A stretch of 37,386 nucleotides of DNA. Source: Clostridia bacterium (GTDB taxonomy: Bacteria; Bacillota; Clostridia; Christensenellales; RUG350). The translations under genes were made by a program, and so were the position numbers. The notes under the pieces are model-generated. The model searched no databases. It saw only the letters and a program-made list of their open reading frames with translations, and was not told where the DNA came from. The stretch lies in contig JAZQYG010000024.1 in NCBI GenBank assembly GCA_045633305.1, positions 1 to 37,386 of the forward strand, in the 5' to 3' direction. Below, in pieces: positions 1 through 8,487 of the stretch. The stretch's first letter is position 1, and each line of letters opens with the position of its first letter.

Positions 1-1
1 T

Positions 2-1282
2 ATTCAGGCGGTTTCAGATGTTCTCAACAGCCTTGCTCCTGTAATAGCGAAGCATCCCGAATACGAGAAAGCTTCATTGTTGGAAAGAATTGTTGAACCC
101 GAAAGACAGATTGTCTTCCGTGTTCCTTGGGTTGACGACAACGGCAACGTTCAAGTAAATAGAGGTTACCGTATTCAATTCAACAACGCTATCGGACCTT
201 ACAAAGGAGGTCTCCGTTTCCACGCATCCGTTACCGAGGCAGTTATTAAGTTCTTAGGTTTTGAACAAACCTTCAAAAACAGCCTCACCTCCCTTCCTAT
301 GGGCGGTGCGAAAGGTGGCGCAGACTTTGACCCCAGAGGCAAGTCCGATATGGAAATCATGCGTTTCTGTCAAAGTTTTATGCTCGAACTTTCTAAATAT
401 ATCGGCGAAGACACCGACGTTCCCGCTGGTGATATCGGCGTAGGCGCAAGAGAAGTAGGATATCTTTTCGGTCAATACAAGAGAATCAAAGATACCTTCG
501 TTGGCGTACTTACCGGCAAAGGAATCCCCTACGGCGGTTCGCTTATTCGTCCCGAGGCAACGGGCTTTGGTGCTGTTTACTACACCGTTAATATGCTCGA
601 GGCTTTTGGTGAGGACGGAATCAAAGGCAAGACCTTCGCTGTATCTGGATTTGGTAACGTTGCTTGGGGTACGGTTAAGAAAATTACCGAACTCGGAGGA
701 AAAGTTGTTACTATCTCTGGTCCTGACGGATACGTTTACGACGAAGACGGAATTTCAACCGACGAAAAGATTAACTTTATGCTCGAAATGCGTGACTCAC
801 GCCGTGACAAAGTTCAAGATTACGCAGACAAATTCGGCGCAAAATTCGTTGCAGGCAAACGTCCTTGGGAAGTTAAAGTTGATATCGCTATGCCTTGCGC
901 AACCCAAAACGAAGTTGGTATCGAAGACGCTAAAAATATCGTTAAAAATGGACTCAAATATTACGTTGAAGTTGCTAATATGCCCACCACCGCAGAGGCA
1001 GTTGAATACCTCAAAGCAAACGGCGTAGTAGTTGCTCCCTCCAAAGCAGTTAACGCAGGTGGCGTAGCAGTATCGGGATTAGAAATGAGCCAAAACTCAA
1101 TGAGATACTCTTGGACGGCAGAAGAAGTTGACGCAAAACTCAAAATGATAATGAAAAATATCGTAACTAACTCTCTTAAAGCAGCAAAAGAATACGGCTT
1201 AGACGGCGACCTTATCGCAGGCGCAAATATCGCAGGCTTTATCAAAGTTGCAGACGCTATGCTCGCTCAAGGTGTAATTTAA
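2..1282 (+). CDS. gdhA: NAD(P)-dependent glutamate dehydrogenase, 5' end cut by window edge
   Basis: The frame of the 77..1282 ORF stays open back to nt 2 (IQAVSDVLNSLAPVIAKHPEYEKASLLERIV...). The position 77 codon is TTG. Hallmarks: KGGLRFH, LPMGGAKGG catalytic loop, GFGNVAWG dinucleotide fold. Confidence 0.93.
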   Translation: MQAVSDVLNSLAPVIAKHPEYEKASLLERIVEPERQIVFRVPWVDDNGNVQVNRGYRIQFNNAIGPYKGGLRFHASVTEAVIKFLGFEQTFKNSLTSLPMGGAKGGADFDPRGKSDMEIMRFCQSFMLELSKYIGEDTDVPAGDIGVGAREVGYLFGQYKRIKDTFVGVLTGKGIPYGGSLIRPEATGFGAVYYTVNMLEAFGEDGIKGKTFAVSGFGNVAWGTVKKITELGGKVVTISGPDGYVYDEDGISTDEKINFMLEMRDSRRDKVQDYADKFGAKFVAGKRPWEVKVDIAMPCATQNEVGIEDAKNIVKNGLKYYVEVANMPTTAEAVEYLKANGVVVAPSKAVNAGGVAVSGLEMSQNSMRYSWTAEEVDAKLKMIMKNIVTNSLKAAKEYGLDGDLIAGANIAGFIKVADAMLAQGVI

Positions 1283-1306
1283 TTAACTAAACTGTCTAAA
1301 CAAAAA

Positions 1307-1337
1307 AGAACTTGGATTTCTCCAAGTTCTTTTTTTT
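1307..1337. terminator. Bidirectional intrinsic terminator between convergent gdhA and GH4 gene
   Basis: Hairpin agaacttgga-tttc-tccaagttct, with an A-run on the 5' side and a T-run on the 3' side. Confidence 0.75.
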
Positions 1338-1345
1338 ATCTCTAC

Positions 1346-2740
1346 TTATTTTTGATTAGCAAAATAGTTGTCGTATGCCTCTTTTGGTAAATACTTTTTG
1401 GTGTTTTCAAGCATTTCATTAAATAACTTTCTACCATTTTCAAAGTCAAGTGGCATATTCGGGCAGTTCATAAACGCACTGAACACAAGTTCGTAGTCAC
1501 CTTTAAACGCTCCTTCTAAAACGGTTTGTTGCTCTCTACAAATTCTCTCAACCAAAGCGTGAACGGTATCGGGAAGTCTACCTGCAACAAGGGGACGAAC
1601 GGAATTTGCGCTGATATGCGCGTTGGTTTCAACTACCGCTCCGAGAGGTAATTCGGGCATTTGACCTATATTAGGAATATTTACGTTAGTTATAAAACCA
1701 GTACTGAGTCCACAAAGCGCCTTAATCTGTTCAACGCTCTCCTCTCCACTATTGAAAAATTCAAAATTACCCGTTTCAAGAATTTTTTTAGTTTTTTCAA
1801 TTTTCTCTTCTAAATCTTTTCTACGCCAAGAAATAGGAGTCAAATTAAATCCGAATTTTGTAACGGTTTCGGGGTCTTTTAAGTACCAAGCGCTAGGACA
1901 AAACTCTGCAAGGTGTCTGCTTCCTGCCGCGCCAAGTATACCAAAACGTTTATATAAATCAAATTTTACGATATCGGTAGAACCAAAAGGACTCTTTTTC
2001 CAACTTACGTTATTCTCGTCGATTAATCCTTCGGGATGCTCTTCGATAAATTTATCTAAAATCGGGAATAAATTTTGTCCTCTGCAATACGCCTTGTCCA
2101 CCCAAGTGAAATGGTTAACGCCAAGCACGTTAATTTCTATCTCGTGGCGCGCTACTTCCATATTGTATTCTTTTTTCAATATTCTTCTGAATACCTCTTG
2201 AGTTCCAAATACTTCGTGACAACAACCAAATGCTTTAATCTCTGGAAATTCTTTATAAAGCGTTGCAACGCAAAGAGTCATGGGGTTAGTGAAGTTGATA
2301 CACCAAGCGTCCGGACAATTTCTTCTTATTCCGTCTGCAAAAGTTCTAAAAATAGGAATAGTGCGCAATGCACGAATTATTCCACCAGGACCGGTAGTAT
2401 CGCCTACGGACTGATAAATTCCATACTTTTCGGGAGTATGAATATCCGATTCCATTTCGTCAAAAGTGCCGGGAAGTACGGAAATGATAACGATATCAGC
2501 GCCTTTTAACGCCAAATCCATATCGTTTTCTACGATATAGTTCCATTTACCAACTACGTCCTCACGCGCGCTTATAGTGTTGCCTATACTAGCGTTTGCT
2601 TCTGCCGCTTTTGTGTCAATGTCGTAAAGATATATACTACCACTTAATTCACTTTCTTTTGCAAGGTCATTCATAAGATTTCTTGCCCAAGCACGAGAGC
2701 CACCGCCCACGTATGTAATTTTCAAATTTTTCGCATCCAT
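1346..2740 (-). CDS. Glycoside hydrolase family 4 (LplD-like alpha-galacturonidase/alpha-glucosidase type, NAD+/Mn2+ dependent)
   Basis: N-terminal KITYVGGGSRAWARNLM Rossmann motif, plus GIYQSVGDTTGPGGI, NFTNPM and GCCHEVFGT, all typical of GH4. GGAGG lies upstream of the ATG. Confidence 0.85.
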   Translation of the reverse strand: MDAKNLKITYVGGGSRAWARNLMNDLAKESELSGSIYLYDIDTKAAEANASIGNTISAREDVVGKWNYIVENDMDLALKGADIVIISVLPGTFDEMESDIHTPEKYGIYQSVGDTTGPGGIIRALRTIPIFRTFADGIRRNCPDAWCINFTNPMTLCVATLYKEFPEIKAFGCCHEVFGTQEVFRRILKKEYNMEVARHEIEINVLGVNHFTWVDKAYCRGQNLFPILDKFIEEHPEGLIDENNVSWKKSPFGSTDIVKFDLYKRFGILGAAGSRHLAEFCPSAWYLKDPETVTKFGFNLTPISWRRKDLEEKIEKTKKILETGNFEFFNSGEESVEQIKALCGLSTGFITNVNIPNIGQMPELPLGAVVETNAHISANSVRPLVAGRLPDTVHALVERICREQQTVLEGAFKGDYELVFSAFMNCPNMPLDFENGRKLFNEMLENTKKYLPKEAYDNYFANQK

Positions 2741-2899
2741 AAAACTGCCTCCTAATTATCAAACAAGTTGACTCACGTCACAACTTATATTTACAACAAT
2801 TTATCTAACATTTCAATAGTTTATAAAATAAAGGTGAACGATATATGTAAAAACTTCGAATTTTGCTACAAAATGTGCATTAAAAACCAGTTGTCGCAC

Positions 2900-2928
2900 T
2901 TGACAATATATGTATAATCTACTAAAAT
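2900..2928 (+). promoter_or_regulatory. Sigma-A type promoter for AraC-family gene
   Basis: TTGACA (2900-2905), 17-nt spacer, TAAAAT (2923-2928). Confidence 0.5.
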
Positions 2929-2957
2929 ACATATATCGAGCAATAAGGATTTAGTAT

Positions 2958-3755
2958 ATGGGATTTTTTGACGTACACACTTGGATATCAGATAAGCCGT
3001 TTTCTATGCCACAACTACACGAACACGAATATTTTGAACTTTATTTTTTGATTGACGGCGAAAAACGTTTTATTACACAAACAGCAATCTATAACGTACC
3101 TAAAGGCAGTATGGTAATTACAAAACCACGCTCACTCCATCTATTCGAGGGTGGACCGTTTAAGCGTGTATTGATATCTATCGAGCCAAGTTCGCTTTCT
3201 CCTCACCAAATAACTTTTTTGAATAATTTAGTAGAAGAAACGCCTATTTACACTTTTCCTAATAAAATAATGACTCAAATTACCAAACTACTCTCTTCTA
3301 TGTTAAAAGAAAGCGAAAAATTAACTCAAGGGAGCGAGTTAAATAATAGACTCACATTTGATTATCTAATATATCTAATAAGTAAGTATAAGATTCCTTG
3401 TCAAGAAGAAGGTAACCGCAAAGAAAAAGAAATTATGCACCCCATAGTTCTCAAAACGGTCGACTATATAAATCAAAATTACACAAAAAAAATTTTGATA
3501 ACCGACCTTTGCGATACCTTCCACGTATCAAAAACTTGGCTTTGCAAGAAGTTTTCAGAGTCAATGCACACCTCTATTACAAACTACCAAATATTATTGA
3601 GAATAAACAAAGCAAAAAAAATGCTCTCAAACACACACATCTCTCTTGAGTCCATATCGAACGAACTTGGTTTTTCATCTACAAAATATTTTGGACTCGC
3701 TTTCAAAAAAGTAACTGGCATTAGCCCTATTGCTTATAGAAAAAAAAGTCAATAG
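2958..3755 (+). CDS. AraC family transcriptional regulator (cupin sensor + HTH)
   Basis: The N-terminal part is cupin-like (HEHEYFELYFLIDGE). The C-terminal part is an AraC-type double HTH (ITDLCDTFHVSKTWLCKKF...SISNELGFSSTKYFGLAFKKVTGISP). It is divergent from the GH4 gene. Confidence 0.88.
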   Translation: MGFFDVHTWISDKPFSMPQLHEHEYFELYFLIDGEKRFITQTAIYNVPKGSMVITKPRSLHLFEGGPFKRVLISIEPSSLSPHQITFLNNLVEETPIYTFPNKIMTQITKLLSSMLKESEKLTQGSELNNRLTFDYLIYLISKYKIPCQEEGNRKEKEIMHPIVLKTVDYINQNYTKKILITDLCDTFHVSKTWLCKKFSESMHTSITNYQILLRINKAKKMLSNTHISLESISNELGFSSTKYFGLAFKKVTGISPIAYRKKSQ

Positions 3756-3773
3756 TTTTTACAATTTCGACAA

Positions 3774-3805
3774 GACTCTAAATAGCGTTATTAGAGTCTT
3801 TTTAT
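3774..3805 (+). terminator. Intrinsic terminator after AraC gene
   Basis: Hairpin gactctaa-N9-ttagagtc followed by tttttattt. Confidence 0.65.
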
Positions 3806-3851
3806 TTCAATATTTCAAAATAAATTTTTTTTGTAAAAAAGTTGTTTTTAT

Positions 3852-3880
3852 TTGACAAAGTACACTCTCCAAGTTATAAT
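3852..3880 (+). promoter_or_regulatory. Consensus sigma-A promoter for aspA
   Basis: TTGACA (3852-3857), 17-nt spacer, TATAAT (3875-3880), with an AT-rich tract upstream. Confidence 0.6.
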
Positions 3881-3892
3881 ATAATTAATTTG

Positions 3893-3909
3893 TTTGTCCA
3901 CTGGACAAA
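3893..3909. promoter_or_regulatory. Perfect palindrome, candidate operator downstream of aspA promoter
   Basis: tttgtcca-c-tggacaaa has 8-bp arms and lies 13 nt after the -10 box, within the 5' UTR. Confidence 0.4.
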
Positions 3910-3951
3910 TTATCAAATCGAAGATTATCAAAGATTTAGGAGGGAAACAAA

Positions 3952-5355
3952 ATGGAAGGTATGCGTTTGGAAAAAGATTCTATCGGCACTATGTGGGTAG
4001 AAAAAGACGCTTATTACGGAGTGCAATCATTAAGAGGCGCTCAAAACTTTACTATTATCGAGCAAAAACTTAACCCTTATTTTATCAAAAATATGGCTCG
4101 CATCAAAAAAGCGGCTGCTATGGTTAACTGTGAAATAGGAGTACTCGACAAAGTTAAAGCAGATGCAATTATAAAAGCATCAGACGATATCATTAACGGC
4201 AAATACCTAGACGCGTTTATCGTTGACGCTATACAAGGTGGCGCAGGAACTTCGGCAAATATGAACGCAAACGAAGTTATCGCTAATCGCGCTATCGAAA
4301 TTCTCGGTGGAGAAAAAGGTGATTACACCATAATTCATCCTAACGACGACGTTAACATGGCTCAATCAACCAACGACGTTATTCCTACCGCTGGTAAAAT
4401 GACCGTCGTAGACCTTATTGCTCCATTGCTCTATAATCTCAATCTCCTTGCAGAGGCTTTTGAAGAAAAGGCGAAAGAGTTTGATTCTATAATCAAAATG
4501 GGTAGAACCCAAATGCAAGACGCTGTACCTATTCGTCTTGGTCAAGAATTCAAAGCATACGCATCTGCAATCAGACGTGACATAGTAAGAATCACTCATA
4601 TCGAACTTGAAATGCACGAAATGAATATGGGTGGTAGCGCAATCGGAACTAGCGTAAACGTAGAACCCGAGTATCTTTCAAAAATCGCTCCCGCTCTTTC
4701 TAAAGTTTGCGGATACGACGTTAAACTTTCAAACGACCTTATCGACTCTACTCAAAACCTCGACAGTTTTGCTTGCGTATCTTCCGCTCTCAAAACTTGC
4801 GCGATTAACCTTTCCAAAATTTCTAACGACCTCCGTTTGATGTCAAGCGGACCTCGTACGGGATTTGGCGAAATCAATCTTCCTCCTAAACAAAACGGTT
4901 CAAGCATCATGCCCGGTAAAGTTAACCCCGTTATTCCCGAAGTTGTAAACCAAGTTGCTTTCCTCGTAATGGGACACGACGTTACTATCAACTTCGTAGT
5001 TGAAGCAGGTCAACTTGAACTTAACGCGTTTGAGCCCGTACTATTCTATCAATTATTTGAATCTATCACTGCCCTCACCGCAGCAGTTGGAACTTTCACC
5101 GTTAACTGCGTAAAAGGTATCACCGCTAACGTAGACAAATGCCGTGAGAACGTAGAAAAGAGCACGGGTACGGTTACTGCTATGGTTCCCTTTATCGGAT
5201 ATCAAAGAGCAGCGGATATTGCTAAAGAATCACTCAAAACGGGTGTATCTATAAGAGAAATTATTCTCCGCGACAAAATACTCACCGAAAGCGAACTTGA
5301 CGCAATCTTAGAGCCTTTCGCAATGACGAGCGCTCGTTCAATGAAGAAAAACTAA
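3952..5355 (+). CDS. aspA: Aspartate ammonia-lyase
   Basis: Fumarate-lyase signature GSSIMPGKVNPVIPE (the aspartase-type VIPE rather than the fumarase TQCE), plus TQMQDAVP and STNDVIPTA. AGGAGG lies 9 nt upstream. Confidence 0.88.
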   Translation: MEGMRLEKDSIGTMWVEKDAYYGVQSLRGAQNFTIIEQKLNPYFIKNMARIKKAAAMVNCEIGVLDKVKADAIIKASDDIINGKYLDAFIVDAIQGGAGTSANMNANEVIANRAIEILGGEKGDYTIIHPNDDVNMAQSTNDVIPTAGKMTVVDLIAPLLYNLNLLAEAFEEKAKEFDSIIKMGRTQMQDAVPIRLGQEFKAYASAIRRDIVRITHIELEMHEMNMGGSAIGTSVNVEPEYLSKIAPALSKVCGYDVKLSNDLIDSTQNLDSFACVSSALKTCAINLSKISNDLRLMSSGPRTGFGEINLPPKQNGSSIMPGKVNPVIPEVVNQVAFLVMGHDVTINFVVEAGQLELNAFEPVLFYQLFESITALTAAVGTFTVNCVKGITANVDKCRENVEKSTGTVTAMVPFIGYQRAADIAKESLKTGVSIREIILRDKILTESELDAILEPFAMTSARSMKKN

Positions 5356-5372
5356 CAAACTGACAAACTTAC

Positions 5373-5401
5373 GCACTACTGAAAAGTAGTGCTTTTTTTT
5401 C
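5373..5401 (+). terminator. Intrinsic terminator after aspA
   Basis: Hairpin gcactact-gaaa-agtagtgc followed by T8. Confidence 0.8.
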
Positions 5402-5429
5402 GTTTTTTTAACCTTTTTTTATTAAATCA

Positions 5430-5458
5430 TTGACTTTTAATAAATATTAGTATATATT
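5430..5458 (+). promoter_or_regulatory. Promoter for riboswitch-transporter unit
   Basis: TTGACT, 17-nt spacer, TATATT. Confidence 0.45.
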
Positions 5459-5475
5459 TTTATCAACTTAATATA

Positions 5476-5629
5476 AATAGAGGCGCGGTATTCATGATAA
5501 ACGCAAATAGGGATTAGTTTTGCGTGGGAAAGGGAATATCGCCGAAGAGACGATTTTGCCCAAAGGTCGCCGTCTGGGGATACGCAAAATATGCGTATAA
5601 CTGTCACGATTTTTTCGTGGTGCGCTATT
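5476..5629 (+). promoter_or_regulatory. Lysine riboswitch (L-box) aptamer
   Basis: Conserved L-box blocks occur in order: AATAGAGGCGCG ... GGGAAAGGGAATATCGCCGAAG ... GGTCGCCGTCTGGGG ... CTGTCACG ... GTGCGCTATT. P1 closes as aatag/ctatt plus cgc/gcg. Confidence 0.85.
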
Positions 5630-5644
5630 AAATTTTTCGAATTA

Positions 5645-5677
5645 AACACGATATTTAATAGTATCGTGTTTTTTTAT
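5645..5677 (+). terminator. Riboswitch expression-platform terminator
   Basis: Hairpin aacacgata-N8-tatcgtgtt followed by a T-run, 20 nt before the transporter start codon. Confidence 0.75.
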
Positions 5678-5697
5678 AAAAAACAAAGGAGAAAGTT

Positions 5698-7377
5698 ATG
5701 TTAACTACTAAAAACAAAAAGCCGATAATTTTGATAATTGCGGCTATCGTAATCCTTGGATTACTTATCGTAGCAGTTGCAACCGGTGGAGTCAATAATA
5801 CGTTGGACTGTCCGGATTGCACTTCGGGCGAGTGTGAAACTTGTGGTGACTCGGGAGTCGTTGTAGGCTCGGCTTGGGCTCTTCTTCCCCCTATTATCGC
5901 AATAGGCCTGGCCCTTATTACCAAAGAAGTTTATTCTTCACTCTTTATCGGTATACTCTCTGGCGCAATTCTCGCTGCGGATTTTAACCCCCTCGGCACT
6001 TTCGACGGAGTTATATCCACTGGTCTTATTAGCGCCGTTTCCGACACTGCGGGTATATTCGTATTCCTCGTAGAACTTGGAATACTCGTGGCTCTTGTCA
6101 ATAAAGCAGGTGGTTCAAAAGCATTTGGCGAGTGGGCGCAAACTCACGTAAAGAGCAAAATCGGCGCAGCCCTTGCAACCTTCGTACTTGGAATACTTAT
6201 ATTTATAGACGACTACTTCAACTGTTTAACCGTTGGCTCTGTTATGCGTCCAGTTACGGACAAACACAAAATAAGTCGTAGCAAATTTGCATACTTAATT
6301 GATGCTACAGCAGCGCCTATTTGTATGATTGCTCCTATTTCGAGTTGGGCGGCAGCAGTTTCTCAATACGCTCAAGACGGACAAGGACTTAACTTATTTA
6401 TCGCGGCAATCCCCTTCAACTTCTATTCTCTACTCACTCTCGTATTCGTAATTTCTATCGTTTTGATGAGATTCGACTTTGGTCCTATGAGAGCGCACGA
6501 GATTAGAGCGGAAAAAGGTGACCTATTTAGCGGAAAGCAGATAGTCCAAAATGACGACGAGCCCTCTGCAAAAGGCAAAGTTATAGACCTTATTCTCCCT
6601 ATTATCGCTCTTTTAGTTGCAAGCGTATTTGCCCTCGTTTACGTAGGCGGAATATTCGACGGTAAAGATTTCATATCTGCTTTCGGTGATACCGACGCTA
6701 CCGTTGCTCTTCCTTGGGGCGGATTAATTGCTCTTATCTTTACTATAGTTTATCTTGCAATAAGAAAAACCGTTTCCTTCGACGAATCAATGAAAAGCAT
6801 CCCCAAAGGATTTATCGCAATGGTACCGGCTATTCTTATTCTTACCTTTGCAACCGCTCTTAAAAATATGACGGGTGAACTCGGCGCTGCCTTCTTCGTA
6901 GGTGACCTTATGAACGGCGCGGCATCAGGTCTTATGAGTTTCTTACCTGCAATTATCTTTATCGTTGCTTGTATCCTTGCTTTTGCTACGGGCACCAGTT
7001 GGGGAACTTTCGGAATACTTATTCCTATCGTTACCGCAATGTTTGCTCCCACCGACCCTCTTATGATTATTAGTATGTCGGCGTGTCTTGCAGGCGCTGT
7101 TTGCGGTGACCACTGCTCACCCATTTCCGATACCACTATAATGAGTAGCGCGGGCGCAGAGTGCGAACACTTAAATCACGTTTCCACCCAACTCCCCTAC
7201 GCTATATACGTTGCAGTTGTATCCTTCGTATGTTATATTATTGCAGGATTCGTTCCTTACTGGTATATAACTCTCCCGATAGGTATTGCTATTATGATAG
7301 GCTCGCTCTTTGGTATGAAATATTTCTCTACAAAATATTACGCAAAAAAAGAGCAAGAAGCAAAAATTGCGGAATAA
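5698..7377 (+). CDS. Na+/H+ antiporter NhaC-family transporter (candidate lysine transporter)
   Basis: A polytopic membrane protein of 559 aa with an NhaC-like core starting GSAWALLPPIIAIGLALITKEV. It is directly controlled by the L-box. It carries an extra N-terminal TM helix plus CPDC-x4-CETC. Confidence 0.75.
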   Translation: MLTTKNKKPIILIIAAIVILGLLIVAVATGGVNNTLDCPDCTSGECETCGDSGVVVGSAWALLPPIIAIGLALITKEVYSSLFIGILSGAILAADFNPLGTFDGVISTGLISAVSDTAGIFVFLVELGILVALVNKAGGSKAFGEWAQTHVKSKIGAALATFVLGILIFIDDYFNCLTVGSVMRPVTDKHKISRSKFAYLIDATAAPICMIAPISSWAAAVSQYAQDGQGLNLFIAAIPFNFYSLLTLVFVISIVLMRFDFGPMRAHEIRAEKGDLFSGKQIVQNDDEPSAKGKVIDLILPIIALLVASVFALVYVGGIFDGKDFISAFGDTDATVALPWGGLIALIFTIVYLAIRKTVSFDESMKSIPKGFIAMVPAILILTFATALKNMTGELGAAFFVGDLMNGAASGLMSFLPAIIFIVACILAFATGTSWGTFGILIPIVTAMFAPTDPLMIISMSACLAGAVCGDHCSPISDTTIMSSAGAECEHLNHVSTQLPYAIYVAVVSFVCYIIAGFVPYWYITLPIGIAIMIGSLFGMKYFSTKYYAKKEQEAKIAE

Positions 7378-7391
7378 ATCAATAAAGAAAA

Positions 7392-7425
7392 AGAGCAAGT
7401 TCAGTTGAACTTGCTCTTTTTTTTT
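7392..7425. terminator. Bidirectional terminator between NhaC gene and minus-strand block
   Basis: Hairpin agagcaagttc-agtt-gaacttgctct, with an A-run upstream and T9 downstream. Confidence 0.8.
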
Positions 7426-7681
7426 ATTCGTTAATTTTACTATCTATAACCTCGTACATTTCTCCGCTTTCGCTTTTTGTTGCCTTTTCGTTGACCGATA
7501 GCACCTTCACCGTTAAGGTATTATTTCCGAATCTTATTGAAACGATATCGTCTATCTTGACTTTGGTAGCAGGTTTTGCATCTCTACCGTTTATAGTAAT
7601 TCTCTGCGAACTTGCCGCCTCTTGAGCAACGGTGCGACGCTTTATCAATCTTGACACTTTAAGAAATTTATCAATCCTCAT
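7424..7681 (-). CDS. rqcP: S4-domain RNA-binding protein, YabO/RqcP (Hsp15-like) type
   Basis: 85 aa. MRIDKFLKVSRLIKRRTVAQEA...ITINGRDAKPATKVKIDDIVSIRFG matches the small YabO-type S4 protein. Confidence 0.75.
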   Translation of the reverse strand: MRIDKFLKVSRLIKRRTVAQEAASSQRITINGRDAKPATKVKIDDIVSIRFGNNTLTVKVLSVNEKATKSESGEMYEVIDSKINE

Positions 7682-8486
7682 AATTTATACTAATCCCCTT
7701 CAAAAGTTCTCCTATCGTAGAGGAGTTTTTTACTCCCGAATCGTAGTTATGTAAAATGCGTTTTTCTCCGCCGAATATATCAAAAGAATTTGCTCTTTCC
7801 TTTAAAATACTCGAATCCGTCGACGGTGATAAAGCAAAAATTTTATCCCTTAATTCGTTATATTCTCGCCTTTTAGGCATTACACCAAAAGGTGTTTTTT
7901 CTCCTTTTTCAAGTCTTCCTTTTGCTCTATACGAAAGTTTGACTACCTCTTCTAAAGACAACCCCAGCCTATTACATATTCCTTTAGCGACGGTCATAGT
8001 GTCTTTTGCGTCGTTAAGGCTTATATGCTCCTCATTGACCTCCACTCCAAACTCCGCGCTTGCTCTCTCAAGCGATACCACGTTTCTTACGCTTTTGTAA
8101 TCGGAATATATAAGTTGCACGTCGTAATAATCAAAATTCGGGAGAGTCAAATCGTATCTTTCGCCCTCCGCTATCAAAAAGTTTACGTCGTTGATAACGG
8201 CGTAACCGAAAACCATTACGTTTTTATCTTCCAGCAGAGCAAAAATCTCCTGCGCTTTTTCAGGAAATTTAGGTGATGATAAAAATTTTTCGGTGGGGTA
8301 ACCCAGTTTTATATCTCTTTTATCCCGTCTGCCCGTTAGATGAAAAGGCGCGTCTGGATTAACGAGTATATCGTCCTCTTTTATAGTATTAAAATCGCTA
8401 TCCGTCAAAACGTAACCAAAACTACAAATTTTTCCTTTTCCGTGGTCACAATTAGCACACTCTATATCAAAAAATAGATAGTTCAT
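7671..8486 (-). CDS. DEDDh-type 3'-5' exonuclease domain protein
   Basis: Exo I is FFDIE, Exo II is GYAVINDVNF, Exo III is HISLNDAKD. It overlaps the rqcP start by 11 nt. Confidence 0.7.
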   Translation of the reverse strand: MNYLFFDIECANCDHGKGKICSFGYVLTDSDFNTIKEDDILVNPDAPFHLTGRRDKRDIKLGYPTEKFLSSPKFPEKAQEIFALLEDKNVMVFGYAVINDVNFLIAEGERYDLTLPNFDYYDVQLIYSDYKSVRNVVSLERASAEFGVEVNEEHISLNDAKDTMTVAKGICNRLGLSLEEVVKLSYRAKGRLEKGEKTPFGVMPKRREYNELRDKIFALSPSTDSSILKERANSFDIFGGEKRILHNYDSGVKNSSTIGELLKGISINYED

Positions 8487-8487
8487 A

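Noticed and set aside
254-2509. Track ORFs lying antisense to or out of frame with gdhA and the GH4 gene: 254..475, 261..443, 501..1028, 961..1245, 1752..2201 and 2075..2509.
   Set aside because: They are fully embedded in strongly supported genes. Their sequences are low-complexity or biased, with no recognisable motifs or RBS. The same reasoning applies to the many similar shadow ORFs inside mnmG, mnmE, jag, yidC, mfd, prs, cysK and others.
5437-5924. Minus-strand ORFs 5437..5649 and 5655..5924.
   Set aside because: They overlap the lysine riboswitch and the start of the NhaC gene on the opposite strand. Those RNA and transporter features explain the region.
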